A stretch of 48,647 nucleotides of DNA. Origin: Eubacteriales bacterium. GTDB taxonomy: Bacteria; Bacillota; Clostridia; Oscillospirales; CAG-272. Positions within the stretch are counted from its first letter, which is position 1. Each line of letters begins with the position of its first letter. The notes beneath the pieces were generated by a model. The model ran no database searches and was not told the DNA's origin. It saw only the letters and a program-made list of their open reading frames with translations. Positions 9,115 through 18,700 of this stretch are shown here, piece after piece. Both the position numbers and the translations under genes were made by a program. The stretch is from the NCBI GenBank assembly GCA_045594605.1, contig JAZNYU010000163.1:1-48647 (forward strand), given 5' to 3'.

Positions 9115-10719
9115 ATGAAAAAGATTAAATCACAAGTCATTATTTGCGGTGCCAGTCTTGGCGGCACTCTTGCGGCGTACAGTGCGGCAAGAGAAGGCAA
9201 AAACGTCGTTCTCCTTGAGAGCACGAAATGGATCGGCGGACAATTGACCTCGCAGGCAGTTCCGCCCGATGAGCATCCCTGGATCGAGGATCAGGGTGCT
9301 ACACAAAGCTATCGCGAATACAGAGAAAAGGTGCGCGCCTATTTTTGCAATCTGGAAGGCTTTTCGCAACAGGTCAAGGATTCCAAGCGCTTCTGCCCCG
9401 GCAACTCCGAGGTCAGCTGGCTCGCACACCCCCCAAAGCTCGCGCTTTCCATCCTTGAAGATATGCTGGCGCCTTACGTTGCGGCAGGCAATCTCAAAGT
9501 CTTTACCGAGGCGAAGCTGCTTGACTGCACCACACAAGGTGACGACATTGTAGGCGTGATCTACGAGATCGACGGCGAGGAGGTCCTGCTTGAGGGAGAA
9601 TACTACCTCGACGGAACCGATATTGGCGACCTGATCAAAAAGAGCGGCGCCGAATACCGCGTGGGCGCCGAGAGCCGAGAGGAAACGGGCGAGGTGGATG
9701 CTCCCCTTGTGGGCGACCCCGAAGATATGCAATCCTACATTTACTCGGCTTGCATTGAGAACCGCCGCGAGGGCGACTACACAATGGAAAAGCCAGAGCT
9801 CTACGATTATTTTGCGTCTATGGCAACGCCATACGATCCCGAGCGCAAGCTCTTCTCTATGATCGGTCCCGACTCCTCAAACGGCAAGGCAAAGCAGTTT
9901 GCTATGTTCCCCGGGGAGGTCATGGAAGATGGCACACATCCGTTCCCGCTCTTCCCGTACAGACGCATCGTTTATTCGGGTTATTACACCGACGGCAGCC
10001 AGCCCTATGACGTTACTCTTGTCAACTGGCCGCAAAACGATTTCTTTATGGGCAATCTCTTTGATTGTGAGGATGCGGAGCGCAACGACTATCTTGCAAA
10101 GCAATACACGCTCTCCTTCGTGTATTGGCTGCAAACCGAGGCACCGCGATACGACGGTGGCAAGGGGTATCCCTACTTCCGACTCGCGCCCGAATACGTG
10201 GGCACCGAGGACGGTCTTTCCATGGCTCCCTACATCAGAGAGTCCCGTCGCATCAAGGCAAAGGTCACCATTACCGAAAGTGACGTTTGCGATGCCGAGA
10301 GATGCCGTTTTCCCGATAGCGTAGGCGTAGGCAGCTATCCCATCGATCTGCACGTTACCCACAAAACGCACACGTTTATGTATCGCCCCACTTATCGGTT
10401 CACCATTCCGCTGGGTGCTATGATCCCCGAAAGAATGACAAACCTGATCCCCGCTTGCAAAAACATCGGTTCTACCCACCTCACAAACGGCTGCTACCGT
10501 CTCCACCCCGTGGAGTGGAACATCGGTGAGGTTGCGGGATATCTTGCCTCATTTGCAATCGACCGCGGCGTAACGCCCGCGCGCGTTTGGGAGGACAAGG
10601 AACTGTTTGCTTCCTTTGCAAAGCATATTGAGGAGAGAGGCATTCAAAGATATTGGAACGAAAAGCCCATCGAGGACGGCACATACGTTCGCCCCAATCC
10701 CAAAAAAGTATATTCCTGA
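9115..10719 (+). CDS. FAD-dependent oxidoreductase (FAD_oxidored, PF12831-like)
   Basis: N-terminal dinucleotide-binding fold VIICGASLGGTLAAYSAAREGKNVVLLE. 534 aa. Last gene of the sugar-transport cluster. Confidence 0.7.
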   Translation: MKKIKSQVIICGASLGGTLAAYSAAREGKNVVLLESTKWIGGQLTSQAVPPDEHPWIEDQGATQSYREYREKVRAYFCNLEGFSQQVKDSKRFCPGNSEVSWLAHPPKLALSILEDMLAPYVAAGNLKVFTEAKLLDCTTQGDDIVGVIYEIDGEEVLLEGEYYLDGTDIGDLIKKSGAEYRVGAESREETGEVDAPLVGDPEDMQSYIYSACIENRREGDYTMEKPELYDYFASMATPYDPERKLFSMIGPDSSNGKAKQFAMFPGEVMEDGTHPFPLFPYRRIVYSGYYTDGSQPYDVTLVNWPQNDFFMGNLFDCEDAERNDYLAKQYTLSFVYWLQTEAPRYDGGKGYPYFRLAPEYVGTEDGLSMAPYIRESRRIKAKVTITESDVCDAERCRFPDSVGVGSYPIDLHVTHKTHTFMYRPTYRFTIPLGAMIPERMTNLIPACKNIGSTHLTNGCYRLHPVEWNIGEVAGYLASFAIDRGVTPARVWEDKELFASFAKHIEERGIQRYWNEKPIEDGTYVRPNPKKVYS

Positions 10720-10726
10720 CAAATAA

Positions 10727-10767
10727 ACGAGCAAGGTGATCTTTCCCCTTGCTCGTTTTTGATTTTT
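10727..10767 (+). terminator. Rho-independent terminator after the oxidoreductase gene
   Basis: ACGAGCAAGG-10 nt-CCTTGCTCGT followed by TTTTTGATTTTT. Confidence 0.85.
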
Positions 10768-10769
10768 GC

Positions 10770-10798
10770 TTGACAAATCCCAAAAAATCTGGTATAAT
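10770..10798 (+). promoter_or_regulatory. Consensus sigma-A promoter for the LuxR-type regulator gene
   Basis: TTGACA (10770-10775), 17-nt spacer, TGg-TATAAT (10793-10798, extended -10). Confidence 0.8.
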
Positions 10799-10808
10799 AT
10801 GGTCAAGA

Positions 10809-10897
10809 GTTCGTTTTAGCGAACAAACAAAGCAAAAACAAGTTCGCAAAAGCGAATATTCGCAAAAATCGTTTGTTCGTTTTGGCGAACAAACAAA
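10809..10897 (+). promoter_or_regulatory. Palindrome-rich leader/operator region: 23-bp direct repeat plus four dyads sharing TTCG/CGAA half-sites
   Basis: GTTCGTTTTAGCGAACAAACAAA (10809-10831) and GTTCGTTTTGGCGAACAAACAAA (10875-10897) match at 22/23 positions and lie 66 bp apart. Between them are TTCGC-AAAA-GCGAA (10843-10856) and the overlapping perfect palindrome GCGAATATTCGC (10852-10863). Confidence 0.6.
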
Positions 10898-10948
10898 ATG
10901 ATTTTGCATATAAAAACTGTCATTTCAAAAGGAAGGGTAGAGGAAGGT

Positions 10949-12172
10949 ATGGAATATATCACCGTCAAGCAAGCAGCCGAAAAGTGGGGCGTTACACCTC
11001 GTCGCGTGCAGATCTTGTGCGCCGAGGAGCGGATCAAGGGGGCGTATCGCTTTGGCAGGTCCTGGATGATCCCCGTTCGTGCGGTGCTGCCGAATGCCAG
11101 AAAAAAAGAGGATGAGCCCACACTCCCCATGCCGCGCAAAAGCCCCTTTTTGGATATGACCAATCTTTACAACAGGGCGGGGGGCGCGGATGAGTGTCTG
11201 GAAATGCTTGTCAACAACCCCGAGGCATACGCGCTTTTTGAGGCGTCCATTGCTTATCGGCGCGGCGACATCAATAAGGTATATGACCACGCCCGATACT
11301 TTTTGAGCTCCCGTTCCGGCTTTTATGCCATTCTTGGCGGCGGCATGCTGCTGGCTTTTTGCGCAATGTGGCGCGGTGACATTGGTCTTTGGAACGAAGC
11401 CAAGCGACACATTCTGGAAGCGCCTCACACCACCGAGGAGGAGCGCGAGATCATCTCTCTTTCCTTGGCAATTATAGATAGCTCTGTGTACGATAACAAA
11501 GATTACCCCACGTGGTTCACAATTGGCAATTTTGAAGCACTGCCTGCCGATTCGCACCCCGCGGCAAAGGTTTTTTACGTCAAATACCTCTACATGGGGG
11601 CGTTTGCGCTGGCATCCAAGCAGATGTCCTTGGAGGGGGCTACGGGACTTTCCCTGATGCGTATGATCCCCAACACCATCGAGCCGCTTATCACACAAGC
11701 GGTGGTGGATAAGACCGTTTTGCCCGAGATCCTTTTGCGTATGTCCTGCGCGGTCGCCTACTACAACGGGGGCATGAAGGAGCAGGCGCTCGCGCACATC
11801 GACAAGGCCGTTGCACTGGCACTCAAGGATAGGCTCTACGGAACGCTGACCGAGTACGTCCGTCACTTCCACGGCTTGCTTGAGGAGCGGATCGCGCTGG
11901 TCGATCCCTCTGCCGTTGAGGTCATCAAGGCGTTGTATGCCACCTACAGCGTGGGCTGGTCAACACTTTCGGGCAAGATCCGCAACCGCTATATTGCCAC
12001 AAACCTGACCGAGCGCGAAAGGGAAGTGGCAAAGCTCACCGCCTTTGGCTTCAAGGCGCCCGAGATCGCCGCTATGCTTTACCTTTCCGAGTCCACCATC
12101 AAGCAGACCATCACAAGAGTCCTTAACAAAACGGGGCTGAGTGAAAAACGTGAGCTTTATTGCATCCTTTAA
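10949..12172 (+). CDS. LuxR-family transcriptional regulator with an additional N-terminal excisionase/MerR-type HTH
   Basis: Start chosen at ATG 10949 (GGAAGG just upstream) over the track start 10898, which has no RBS. N-terminus ITVKQAAEKWGVTPRRVQILCAEERIKGAYRFGRSWMIP. C-terminal LuxR/GerE HTH LTEREREVAKLTAFGFKAPEIAAMLYLSESTIKQTITRVLNKTG. Helical middle region. Confidence 0.8.
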   Translation: MEYITVKQAAEKWGVTPRRVQILCAEERIKGAYRFGRSWMIPVRAVLPNARKKEDEPTLPMPRKSPFLDMTNLYNRAGGADECLEMLVNNPEAYALFEASIAYRRGDINKVYDHARYFLSSRSGFYAILGGGMLLAFCAMWRGDIGLWNEAKRHILEAPHTTEEEREIISLSLAIIDSSVYDNKDYPTWFTIGNFEALPADSHPAAKVFYVKYLYMGAFALASKQMSLEGATGLSLMRMIPNTIEPLITQAVVDKTVLPEILLRMSCAVAYYNGGMKEQALAHIDKAVALALKDRLYGTLTEYVRHFHGLLEERIALVDPSAVEVIKALYATYSVGWSTLSGKIRNRYIATNLTEREREVAKLTAFGFKAPEIAAMLYLSESTIKQTITRVLNKTGLSEKRELYCIL

Positions 12173-12242
12173 GGCTTTTAAAATACTCTTTTTTGCTCCC
12201 AAACGGACAAAATTGTTTGCCCGATAAAGTTTTTGGGGGGCG

Positions 12243-12271
12243 TTCACAAAATCAAACAAATCCTGTATACT
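12243..12271 (+). promoter_or_regulatory. Possible promoter for the small-ORF/giant-gene operon, embedded in the left arm of the upstream terminator
   Basis: TTCACA (12243-12248), 17-nt spacer, TATACT (12266-12271). Confidence 0.35.
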
Positions 12272-12312
12272 GTTTATGACACAAAAAACAGTATGCAGGA
12301 TTTTTATTTATT
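12259..12312 (+). terminator. Strong rho-independent terminator downstream of the LuxR gene, ending at the RBS of the next gene
   Basis: A 16-bp stem AATCCTGTATACTGTT / AACAGTATGCAGGATT (one G-U pair), a 12-nt loop, then TTTTTATTTATT. Confidence 0.8.
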
Positions 12313-12321
12313 GGAGGAAAT

Positions 12322-12639
12322 ATGAATAAAATACGCGACGGAGATCTTTATAAGGTCATAACGGTTTTTGGCAAGACCTTCGAGCTGTATTACGGATATT
12401 ACGATGAATCGGAAAAAGAGGGCAAGTATGGGGAGCCCATTCCCATCTATCCCAATTTCATCGAGGATCCGCTCTATACCAATGACGGCTACCCCTTCAC
12501 CACAGCTATGCAGGATGTTTGCTCCTACTTCAGAGGGAGCGAGGGCGAGGACAGTTGCCTTGCCTGCCGCCACTTTGAAGAGGGCGAGGAGCTCATTGGC
12601 AAATGCACCTGCACCAAGCGCAAAAAGGGTAGTCTGTAG
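12322..12639 (+). CDS. 105-aa cytoplasmic hypothetical protein with C-terminal Cys cluster
   Basis: GGAGG at 12313-12317. No signal peptide. C-terminal CSYF-x11-CLAC-x14-CTC then KRKKG. Immediately precedes the giant gene. Confidence 0.65.
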   Translation: MNKIRDGDLYKVITVFGKTFELYYGYYDESEKEGKYGEPIPIYPNFIEDPLYTNDGYPFTTAMQDVCSYFRGSEGEDSCLACRHFEEGEELIGKCTCTKRKKGSL

Positions 12640-12701
12640 CCCACAGAATACAGACGGAAATAGGTTACAAAAAGATTCCACATAAAGAAAGGTAGAAAAT
12701 A

Positions 12702-15700
12702 ATGATGAGAAAAATGAACGTAAAGATGGCTATCCTCTCGCTTCTGATGGCAATGATCATGCTTGTGGGAGTGATTGCGGGAGCATCTAAAATGACAGAG
12801 GCCTCGGCGGCGGAGATTCCTGCTTTGCCCGCAACCGAGTACGTCTCTCCCCAAAGCCCCACACAGCCCGTCCCTTATGACGGCGTGCCCGTAACGCCGG
12901 GCAAGATCAGCTCCTCCAACTATCGCACCTACGGTCTTACCGACGATAATTGGAGTCAGTACAACGGCTACTATGCTATCCGCAACGCAAAAGAACTTTA
13001 CGGCTTTGCAGAGCTCGTCAGAGCAACGCAATCCCCTAAGCAAAACGCGGTGCTCCTTGCAGACATTGTAGTCAATACCGAGGTATCTTTGGAGAACGGT
13101 GCGACCTACACATGGACGCATATGGTCAAGAATCCCGGACATTCCGCATATATAGATGGCTATGGAGGCACCTTTGACGGGAACGGATATTCCATCAGCG
13201 GTATTTATTCTCCCAGCGAAAAAACAAACTGGGGAATTTTCGGTTCCATTTCGGGTACAGGCGTTGTGAAAAACCTCGTGCTGAAGAATTCTCTTTTCAC
13301 AGCATTTGGCTCTGCCGCCCCGATTGCAGGCTACAATTACGGCCTTGTAAGCTCCTGCAGAATCGAGAGCAGCGTTATGATCTATCGTGATAAGACCTCA
13401 GGATCTGGGGCGAGCGGCATTACCGAGATCAGACATACTACCGAAACGGTAGATGCAAGTAACCAGACCTTTACCGGCGGCATTGAAAATTGCTTTTCTA
13501 ACGTAACGTTTAACATCTTTAAAAATAATTACGCTAATTTGAATAACAGCGGTGTTATTACGGCAAAGATGCCAATTCGAACCAAAGTTAACAACAACTA
13601 CGGTATCGAATCCGACGGTTTCAGACTGATCGGAGAGCTTTCCACCGATGTGGAAGGGAAGTGGACCACGCTCAAAACACAAAACGACGCGCACACCTGT
13701 ATTCCCATCACCCACAATCAGGTAAACGGAACCTGTTATTCTTCCGGACTTTCCGCATATACCTTCTGTGCAGTGTGCGAAAAGGTCCTCTCGGGTGAGA
13801 AGACCGTTCTTTACGGTCACACCTCGGACGAATTTTTCTATACGCAAAACAAGAATGACGAGCTCAAGCACGATAAGAGATATCTGTGCTGCACCGAGAT
13901 CGCAGAAACCACAGACCACACCTACAGCAACGAAGCTTGCTCCCTTTGCGGCTACGAGATGTTTGCTCGCATGGGCGACTATGCTTCCACCAAAGCGAAA
14001 AATCTTGTTATCACCTCCGACGTAACGGTTGAGGGAGATGATCACCTCCATGTTTCGTCGGGATATACGCTTACAGTCAATCCCGGTGTCACCCTGACGG
14101 TAAACAGCAATCTGTATAATGCGGGTACCATTATAAACAACGGTGCCATTATTGTAAAAGGGGCTTACTCCGGTGAGGGAACCGTTACCTGTGGGGAAAC
14201 GGCTACCTATCACCCCGCATTTAACGAGAACGGCTTCTGTCAGTTCTGCGGCGATGAGGATCACCCCCAGGTAGCGCCTCTTGTTGACGGTTACTATCAG
14301 ATCGGCAATGCAGGCCAATTGATGTGGTTCTCGAACTTTGTGGGCGAGGGCAACACCTCTGCCAATGCAAAGCTGGTGGCTGACATCGTCTTCAACGAGG
14401 GCGACCTCTCCGGTCTTAACGGCAAGACCGAGGGTTACCGCTTCTGGACGCCCATCGGCATGATCATGAATCATGAAAACGGCGTTGACAGCTTTGTGAC
14501 CTACACCGGCACGTTTGACGGTGACGGACACTTTATCAGCGGTCTTTACCACTTTGATTATTGGTCTTATGACGGTTACGCAGGCCTCTTTTCCAAGCTT
14601 GGAGCAGGCGGCGTTATCAAGAACGTGACCGTTAAAAATTCTTATATTGCAACCAGCCGCTTGGCGGGCGCGATTCTCGGTGAAAACCGTGGCGGTACTG
14701 TTGAGAACTGTCACAACGTAAACACCACCGTCGCATCCGCGGCAAGAGTGGGTGGCATTGTTGGTAGCAACACAAGCGGTATCATTAAATACTGTACCAA
14801 CGACGGCAACGTAAAATTCTTTATGGTAAACCCCGATCTCGCCTTTGGCTTCACCGAGTTTGGCGGCATTGCAGGCAGTACTGCAGGCACAATTGAGTTT
14901 TGCACCAACTATAGTGATATCATCAGCGCTGATGAAATCGGCGACGTTGGTGGTATCAGCGGTCAGGTTTATCATGGCATTGTCAGAAACTGTGTAAACG
15001 AAGGTAACATCAACGTCACCGACGGCACAAACTTTGGCGGTATCACGGGTTATCAATATCACGGTACTCTTACACGCAATATCAACTACGGCACCATCAC
15101 AGGCAGTGGCAATCTTGTGGGCGGCGTTATCGGTAACCCCCTTGGCAACGGCGGCAGATATACGCACAACTATACCGTTGGTGGTAGCGCATGCGGCCCT
15201 GTCAGCCGTGACGGCTGCTACTCGATCACCGCGGCGGAGCTTGCAAACGGACGTCTTGCATTTGAGCTTGGCATCGGTCAGGAGATCGGCGTGGATGCTC
15301 GCCCCACTGTTGGCGGTCCTGCCGTATACGCATACTTTAACGAGAGCGGTGTTGTCAATTACACCAACGATGCAAATTACATCTGCTACCATGCAGGCGG
15401 AACGGCTACCTGTGATGCAAGAGCAGTGTGCGACGGATGCAGAAATCCTTACGGTGACATTCCGGAGGGCGCGCACCAGTTCGAGATCACCGGACGCGAG
15501 GATAAGCCCAACTGTACCGTTTGCGGAGGCAGATGCGGCGTAGTCGCTCCTCACAACACCAACTATACGGACTATTGCGCAGTATGCGGCGATTGGATCG
15601 GTCCCGAGCTCGCTGAAGACGGCTTCTACGAGATCAAGACCTTTGGTAACCTGATGTGGTTTGCAGAAGAGGTCAACGCAGGGAACTATGGACTCAACGC

Positions 15701-18700
15701 AAGACTGATGAAAAACATCGTGGCTACCGTAACCTTCAGAAGCTACGATTGGAAGCCCATCGGCGGCTCTTCCTTCGACGACACGAGCGTTGGCTACGAG
15801 GGTGTGTTTGACGGTCAAGGATACACCATTGCCTTGTTCCCTCAGGCTATGACTCCCGAGCATGACAACGCAGTGCTTGGTCTGTTCGGCACTCTGAAAT
15901 CGGGTGCTGTCGTTAAGAACCTTTCTATTTCTAACCGTCAGGATAATTACCTTTCCAGCAAGGGCACGACCTATTCCTATGACGGTGAGTACACGGTCTA
16001 CTTTGGCCTGATCGCGGGCAGAGTGCTGAGCGGCGCAACCGTTTCCGACTGTCGCGTTGCCAACGGCTCCGTCTCCATCTCCAACGGTACTCTGGGTGCC
16101 ATTGTCGGCATTAACTACGGCACGGTGAAAAACTGCGTTTCCTACGGCATGACGCTCACAGGCCCTGAGGGCAGAGTTGGCGGCATCGTGGGTGACTACA
16201 ACGGCGGAACGGTCGTCAACTGCTTCACCACCTACACAAGCATTGGCTCTACCGCAGAGGGATTCGTTGGTACTTCCACCGGCTCTGAGGCAGGCATCAG
16301 CGAGGCAAGAATGGCATCGGGCGAGATCACGCACAAGATGAATGTTTACGCAGGCGCGGATGTTTGGTACCAAGAGATCGGCATTGGCGGACCCTTGATG
16401 AATAGCGAGAGCGATTACGTTGGAAAGATCGTTTACCTGCACAACTTTGGCGCGATCACCCTCTACTCCAACAAAACAAATGAATTCACCCTTTTGCAAG
16501 ATTTTGAGATCAAGAGCGGAAAGACGCTTACCATTCCCCAAAAGATGACCCTGATCGTTCCCGAGGGCGTTACCTTGACAAACAACGGCACGCTCATCAA
16601 GAACGGTACGCTGAAGGGCGAGGGAACACTAGACGGTCTTGGCAACTTCTACATGACCGAGATCGATCGCGATCTGATTCCCACTATCGGCGACATCGTT
16701 TATGATGGCAACGATCACACCAATGACGTTGATATCGCCGTAAGCGCAGTATTCTCGGCATTGGGCAAGACCTTTACTCCAAAGGGATATACCTTCCATA
16801 AAAACTTTACAAACGTGAAGGATGCAGGATATTACGAGATCGGATACGTTTTGGGAGCCGAAGAATATCTTGTCAGATTTAACGTAACTCCCTTGGCGGT
16901 TTCCAATGACAATGTTTCTTTGGAATACACCGAGGTGTTCTACAATGGCACCGAGCAGCAACCCGTCGCTCTTCTTGCGGGATTTGAGGTCAGCCTTGGC
17001 AAGGACTATTATATAACCTATGAGAACAACAAATCTGCCGGCACGGCAACTGCAACAGTCACCTTCCGCGGCAACTTCTCGGGAGAGTTCACAAAAGAAT
17101 TCACCATCAAGTCTGTTGTCATCGGCACCGAAGCGATTGCCGAGGCACCCGAGAGCATCGTCTTCAGCGGTCTGGAGCTGGATCCTGTAACGATTACCGT
17201 TGATGGCGTTCGACTTGTTCGTGACGTAGACTACACCGTAACCTACGAGAACAACGTTTACCCCGGCACCGCTACGGCAACGGTGGTTGGTATCGGTTCG
17301 GTTTCGGGCGAGGCAAGCTTCACCTTTGAGATCACCAAGCCCGCCTTCACCGTTACCGTGCTCGATCAGATACTCCCCTACAACGAGGATATCAACGTCA
17401 AGCCCTTTGACCACACGATGTACGAGGGGGAGGGTCTTGTTGAAGGACATACCGTAGTACTCGGTGAGCCTTTGATTTCCGGCGATACCGATGAAATGAT
17501 CACTGTTCTGCAAATTCTGGATGCCAACGGCATTGACGTTCTGGAATATTACGACATCACCGTTCTTGCCACCGGCAAGTACCATATGTTCTATGATGCG
17601 TATGTTTGGGACAACGACGGTTATCACTGGCGCAATTGCGCATACAACTGCGACGAAAAGGCAGATTACGAGAAGCACCACGGCGGCGTTGTAAGCTGCT
17701 CCGAGGACGGTAGCTGCATTGACTGCGGTCTGACTTACCTCTTTGCTACGGGCGAGCACAACTACGTCAACGGTGTTTGCGGCTGCGGCTTCGATCCCGA
17801 GTTCGTATTTGTAGTAGATACCGACAACAACGGTCAGCACAGCGGCTCCGAGACCGGTTTTTCGGCAAACGGAATCCACAACATCTTCTACTATCCTGAC
17901 AATCAGTACGTGGTTGTAAAGGACTTTGCAGGCGATTTTTCCGGCGTGGGGCAGAATGACACCACCGTTATCCTTGACTTGCGCGGTCACACCATTGATA
18001 TGACCGATGCACTGTATCCCTTCTCCATGCAGGCACAAAACCTCGTTGTCATCTTTAAGAGCACGACAGAGGAAATGGGCGTTCTGATCGGAGCTACCCA
18101 ACTGGCAGTTGATTCTGTTACCTTTACACTCGATAACATTCGTCACGAGGGCACTCTCTACAATATGGGCACGATCCACGTTATCAACGGCTCGCTCCTG
18201 TATTCTGAGATCACCAACCGCGGCACCATCTATCTCCCCGAGGGATACGATCTTTCTACCTTTGTTTCCTACACGGGTAGCGGAACGCTTTACGTTGGCG
18301 AAAAGGCGTTTGTTTACAACGCCGAGAGCGGCAAGCTCGAGTGCGCATCCGATCACGATTGGGTAGATGCTGACTGCACGAACGCAAAGTATTGCTCCAT
18401 TTGTGAAAAGATCGACGGTGAGCCTCTCGGCCACAGCACAAGCGGCCCTGCAACCTGCGAAGAGGATGAGGTCTGCACAGTTTGCTCCGCTATCGTCAAC
18501 GAAAAGCTCGGTCACACCGAGGAAGAGATTCCCGCAGTTGAGCCCGGATGCGATACCGTCGGCTCTACTGTAGGCAGCAAATGCACAACCTGCGGCGAGT
18601 TTATCATCACTCCCGACGTGCTTCCCGCACGCGGACACACCGAGGCTTCTCCCGTGATCGAAAACGTGGTCAACAACGGTTGTGATGCTCCCGGCAGCTA

